Positions 62,775 to 64,000 of a stretch of DNA of 64,000 nt are shown in pieces. The position numbers and the translations under genes were made by a program. Under the pieces are notes generated by a model. The model was not told where the DNA came from. It searched no databases and saw nothing but the letters and a program-made list of their open reading frames with translations. Source of the DNA: Candidatus Acidiferrales bacterium (lineage in GTDB: Bacteria; Acidobacteriota; Terriglobia; Acidiferrales; UBA7541); NCBI GenBank assembly GCA_963783955.1, contig CAWAPN010000010.1, forward strand, positions 13,779-77,778, given 5' to 3'. Each line of letters begins with the position of its first letter. Position 1 is the first letter of the stretch.

Positions 62775-63119
62775 TCATTCCTTGATTTTTCCCAGTTCGC
62801 TGTGAAAGCGGTGTTTGCTTTCATCGACTTCGAGTCGATTCTTCAAGACCAGTTTTGCTTCCTCAACCGCAGTGCGCAATTCGGGATGCTTATCGAGATT
62901 GAACTCAGTCGAGACTGCATTTGCCAAGCGCTGTAAACAAATCTCCAGTTCGCTAATCCGCTTCACGACTTCGCGTGCGGACGTTTGCGCTTTAACGTAG
63001 GTGTCCAGGGCCACTTCCCCTTCGACCTTCTCAATGTACTCGGCGATATAGGTCTCACCGTCGATTCTTGGATGGATAACCTTCGGAAAGACACCGGCAA
63101 ATTCATTTTGGTTCGCCAT
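62775..63119 (-). CDS. Hypothetical helical protein
   Basis: 114 aa from MANQNEFAGVF. No recognisable motif. The upstream part of the 165-aa track ORF looks non-coding. Confidence 0.4.
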   Translation of the reverse strand: MANQNEFAGVFPKVIHPRIDGETYIAEYIEKVEGEVALDTYVKAQTSAREVVKRISELEICLQRLANAVSTEFNLDKHPELRTAVEEAKLVLKNRLEVDESKHRFHSELGKIKE

Positions 63120-63125
63120 GGGGCG

Positions 63126-63131
63126 ATTATA
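63126..63131 (-). promoter_or_regulatory. Perfect -10 hexamer placed for a leaderless transcript of the 62775-63119 gene
   Basis: The minus strand reads TATAAT-cgcccc-ATG, so the A of the ATG is 7 nt after the hexamer. No good -35 and no Shine-Dalgarno. Confidence 0.3.
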
Positions 63132-63713
63132 CGCCCAGTCTCGGACCGTTTGTGCCCCCAGCCATACGGCCCATACGGCGACAGTCTTCGCCGAAGGTGA
63201 AAACGCGTAATTCTGTCGCCTTTTCCAGGCCAAGGGTTGCCCGTGCGAGTCGGCTCGAAGGCACCGCTCCACGGGCCGTCGTGGATCACAAACCGTCGTG
63301 CATGTCGCGTGACTAGCGTGATCGCCTGATCGCCTTACACCATGACTCGCCCACCGCCTACTGGCTTCGCTAGCCTGGGCGGGTTTTTCGTTTGAGTTAC
63401 CTGGTTACGCTGCCTCGGCGCGGCGAACACCCGGCAGGTGCCCGAATCGACGCCTGCTTTGCCATCCTTAAGGTTCACTCCAATCAGGAACGGGCCGCCG
63501 TCAACAGCCTCGGCTATGTGCCTTGTTGTTACGGCATGCAAGTACGTATCGTTTGCCCTTAGTTCCAACGATAAACGTAGTTCCGACATACCTTGCCGAT
63601 ACAACTGAGCATGCGATCTGGAACGCGCATGTTTTCCCTCGTTTAGAGTCAGGTGCTCTCAGCGGTACCAGCCGAAGAATTCCTGGCGTGATAGAATACA
63701 CCTCGCGCACGGT

Positions 63714-63800
63714 GGGCCTGTGGCGGAACTGGCAGACGCGCATGGCTTAGGACCATGTGGGTTCACTCCCGTGAAGGTTCGAGTCCTTTCAGGCCCACCA
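63714..63800 (+). tRNA. tRNA-Leu (anticodon TAG), encoded CCA end
   Basis: Acceptor stem GGGCCTG/CAGGCCC. D-arm GCGGAACTGGCAGACGC. Anticodon stem-loop CATGG-CTTAGGA-CCATG. A long variable arm. T-arm AAGGTTCGAGTCCTT. Discriminator A plus CCA. 87 nt. Confidence 0.9.
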
Positions 63801-64000
63801 AAGCAGTCTTCCCTGGCACACTTCTGGCACATTTTCTTCCTCAATCGGGCAAACTTTACCTCAGCTGGTTCCGCCACTCCCGCACCGCCACCCACTGATT
63901 GCGTGTGTTGCACTTTGGGCGGTACACGGAGGCAAGGCACTCACTAGTTCTGCTGGAAACAAGGCGCATCCGCGTGGATAATGTAGCTAACACGTCCGAG

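Noticed and set aside
63659-63940. 93-aa minus-strand ORF and 75-aa plus-strand ORFs around 63.5-63.95 kb
   Set aside because: They overlap the tRNA-Leu gene and have non-coding-like composition.
63944-64000. Open minus-strand frame running off the window end (..LGRVSYIIHADAPCFQQN stop at 63944-63946), considered as a possible integrase next to the tRNA
   Set aside because: Only 18 codons are visible and they carry no tyrosine-recombinase motif, so it cannot be called from this window.

Overview
The window is 64 kb of high-GC bacterial chromosome. Hand counts put core genes at about 60-70% GC. The gene content, the Ser/Thr-kinase N-terminus style and an Ig-repeat/lectin surface protein are reminiscent of Acidobacteriota, but taxonomy cannot be verified from the sequence alone. 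I call about 50 intact CDS, one tRNA, several short repeats or regulatory sites, and 7-8 decayed gene remnants.

Layout:
1. 0.2-9 kb: mixed secreted and housekeeping genes (M28 peptidase, cupin, GH18 hydrolase, STAS protein, ABC ATPase with a large polytopic partner).
2. 9.6-12.8 kb: a lipoprotein with five Ig-like YQW modules and a C-terminal L-type lectin-like domain, plus a small outer-membrane beta-barrel.
3. 12.8-20.2 kb: a minus-strand sugar-utilisation operon (esterase, fucose/arabinose-isomerase-like protein, clan GH-A hydrolase, MFS transporter). A MarR-GNAT fusion is transcribed divergently, and a 9-2-9 palindrome sits between them.
4. 20.7-33.4 kb: a 13-gene, translationally coupled, non-flagellar-type chemosensory locus. 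It encodes a hybrid CheA with two Hpt domains, three CheW-like proteins and an MCP without a periplasmic sensor domain. It also encodes a HisKA-only protein, a pseudo-receiver-PATAN protein, a receiver-coiled-coil protein and two unknown leader genes.
5. 34.2-38.5 kb: Lhr helicase.
6. 40.7-42.5 kb: a Tat-signal GatC/AtzG-like small protein with a signal-less amidase.
7. 42.6-45.1 kb: a hybrid PAS-GAF-PAS histidine kinase.
8. 46.7-57.6 kb: a heme-biosynthesis supercluster, hemL-hemB-hemD-hemC-hemA plus a CcsA/HemX-like gene on the minus strand, diverging from hemE-hemN-hemY.
9. 60.4-63.7 kb: a lower-GC accessory patch with toxin-like remnants next to tRNA-Leu(TAG).

I saw no CRISPR array, rRNA, transposase or integrase.

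The best candidates for something new are the atypical chemosensory locus and its unassigned parts, the Tat-GatC-like/amidase pair, the heptad-repeat leader in front of hemY, and the unusually high density of disrupted genes. All family assignments rest on motif recognition by eye; no searches were run.
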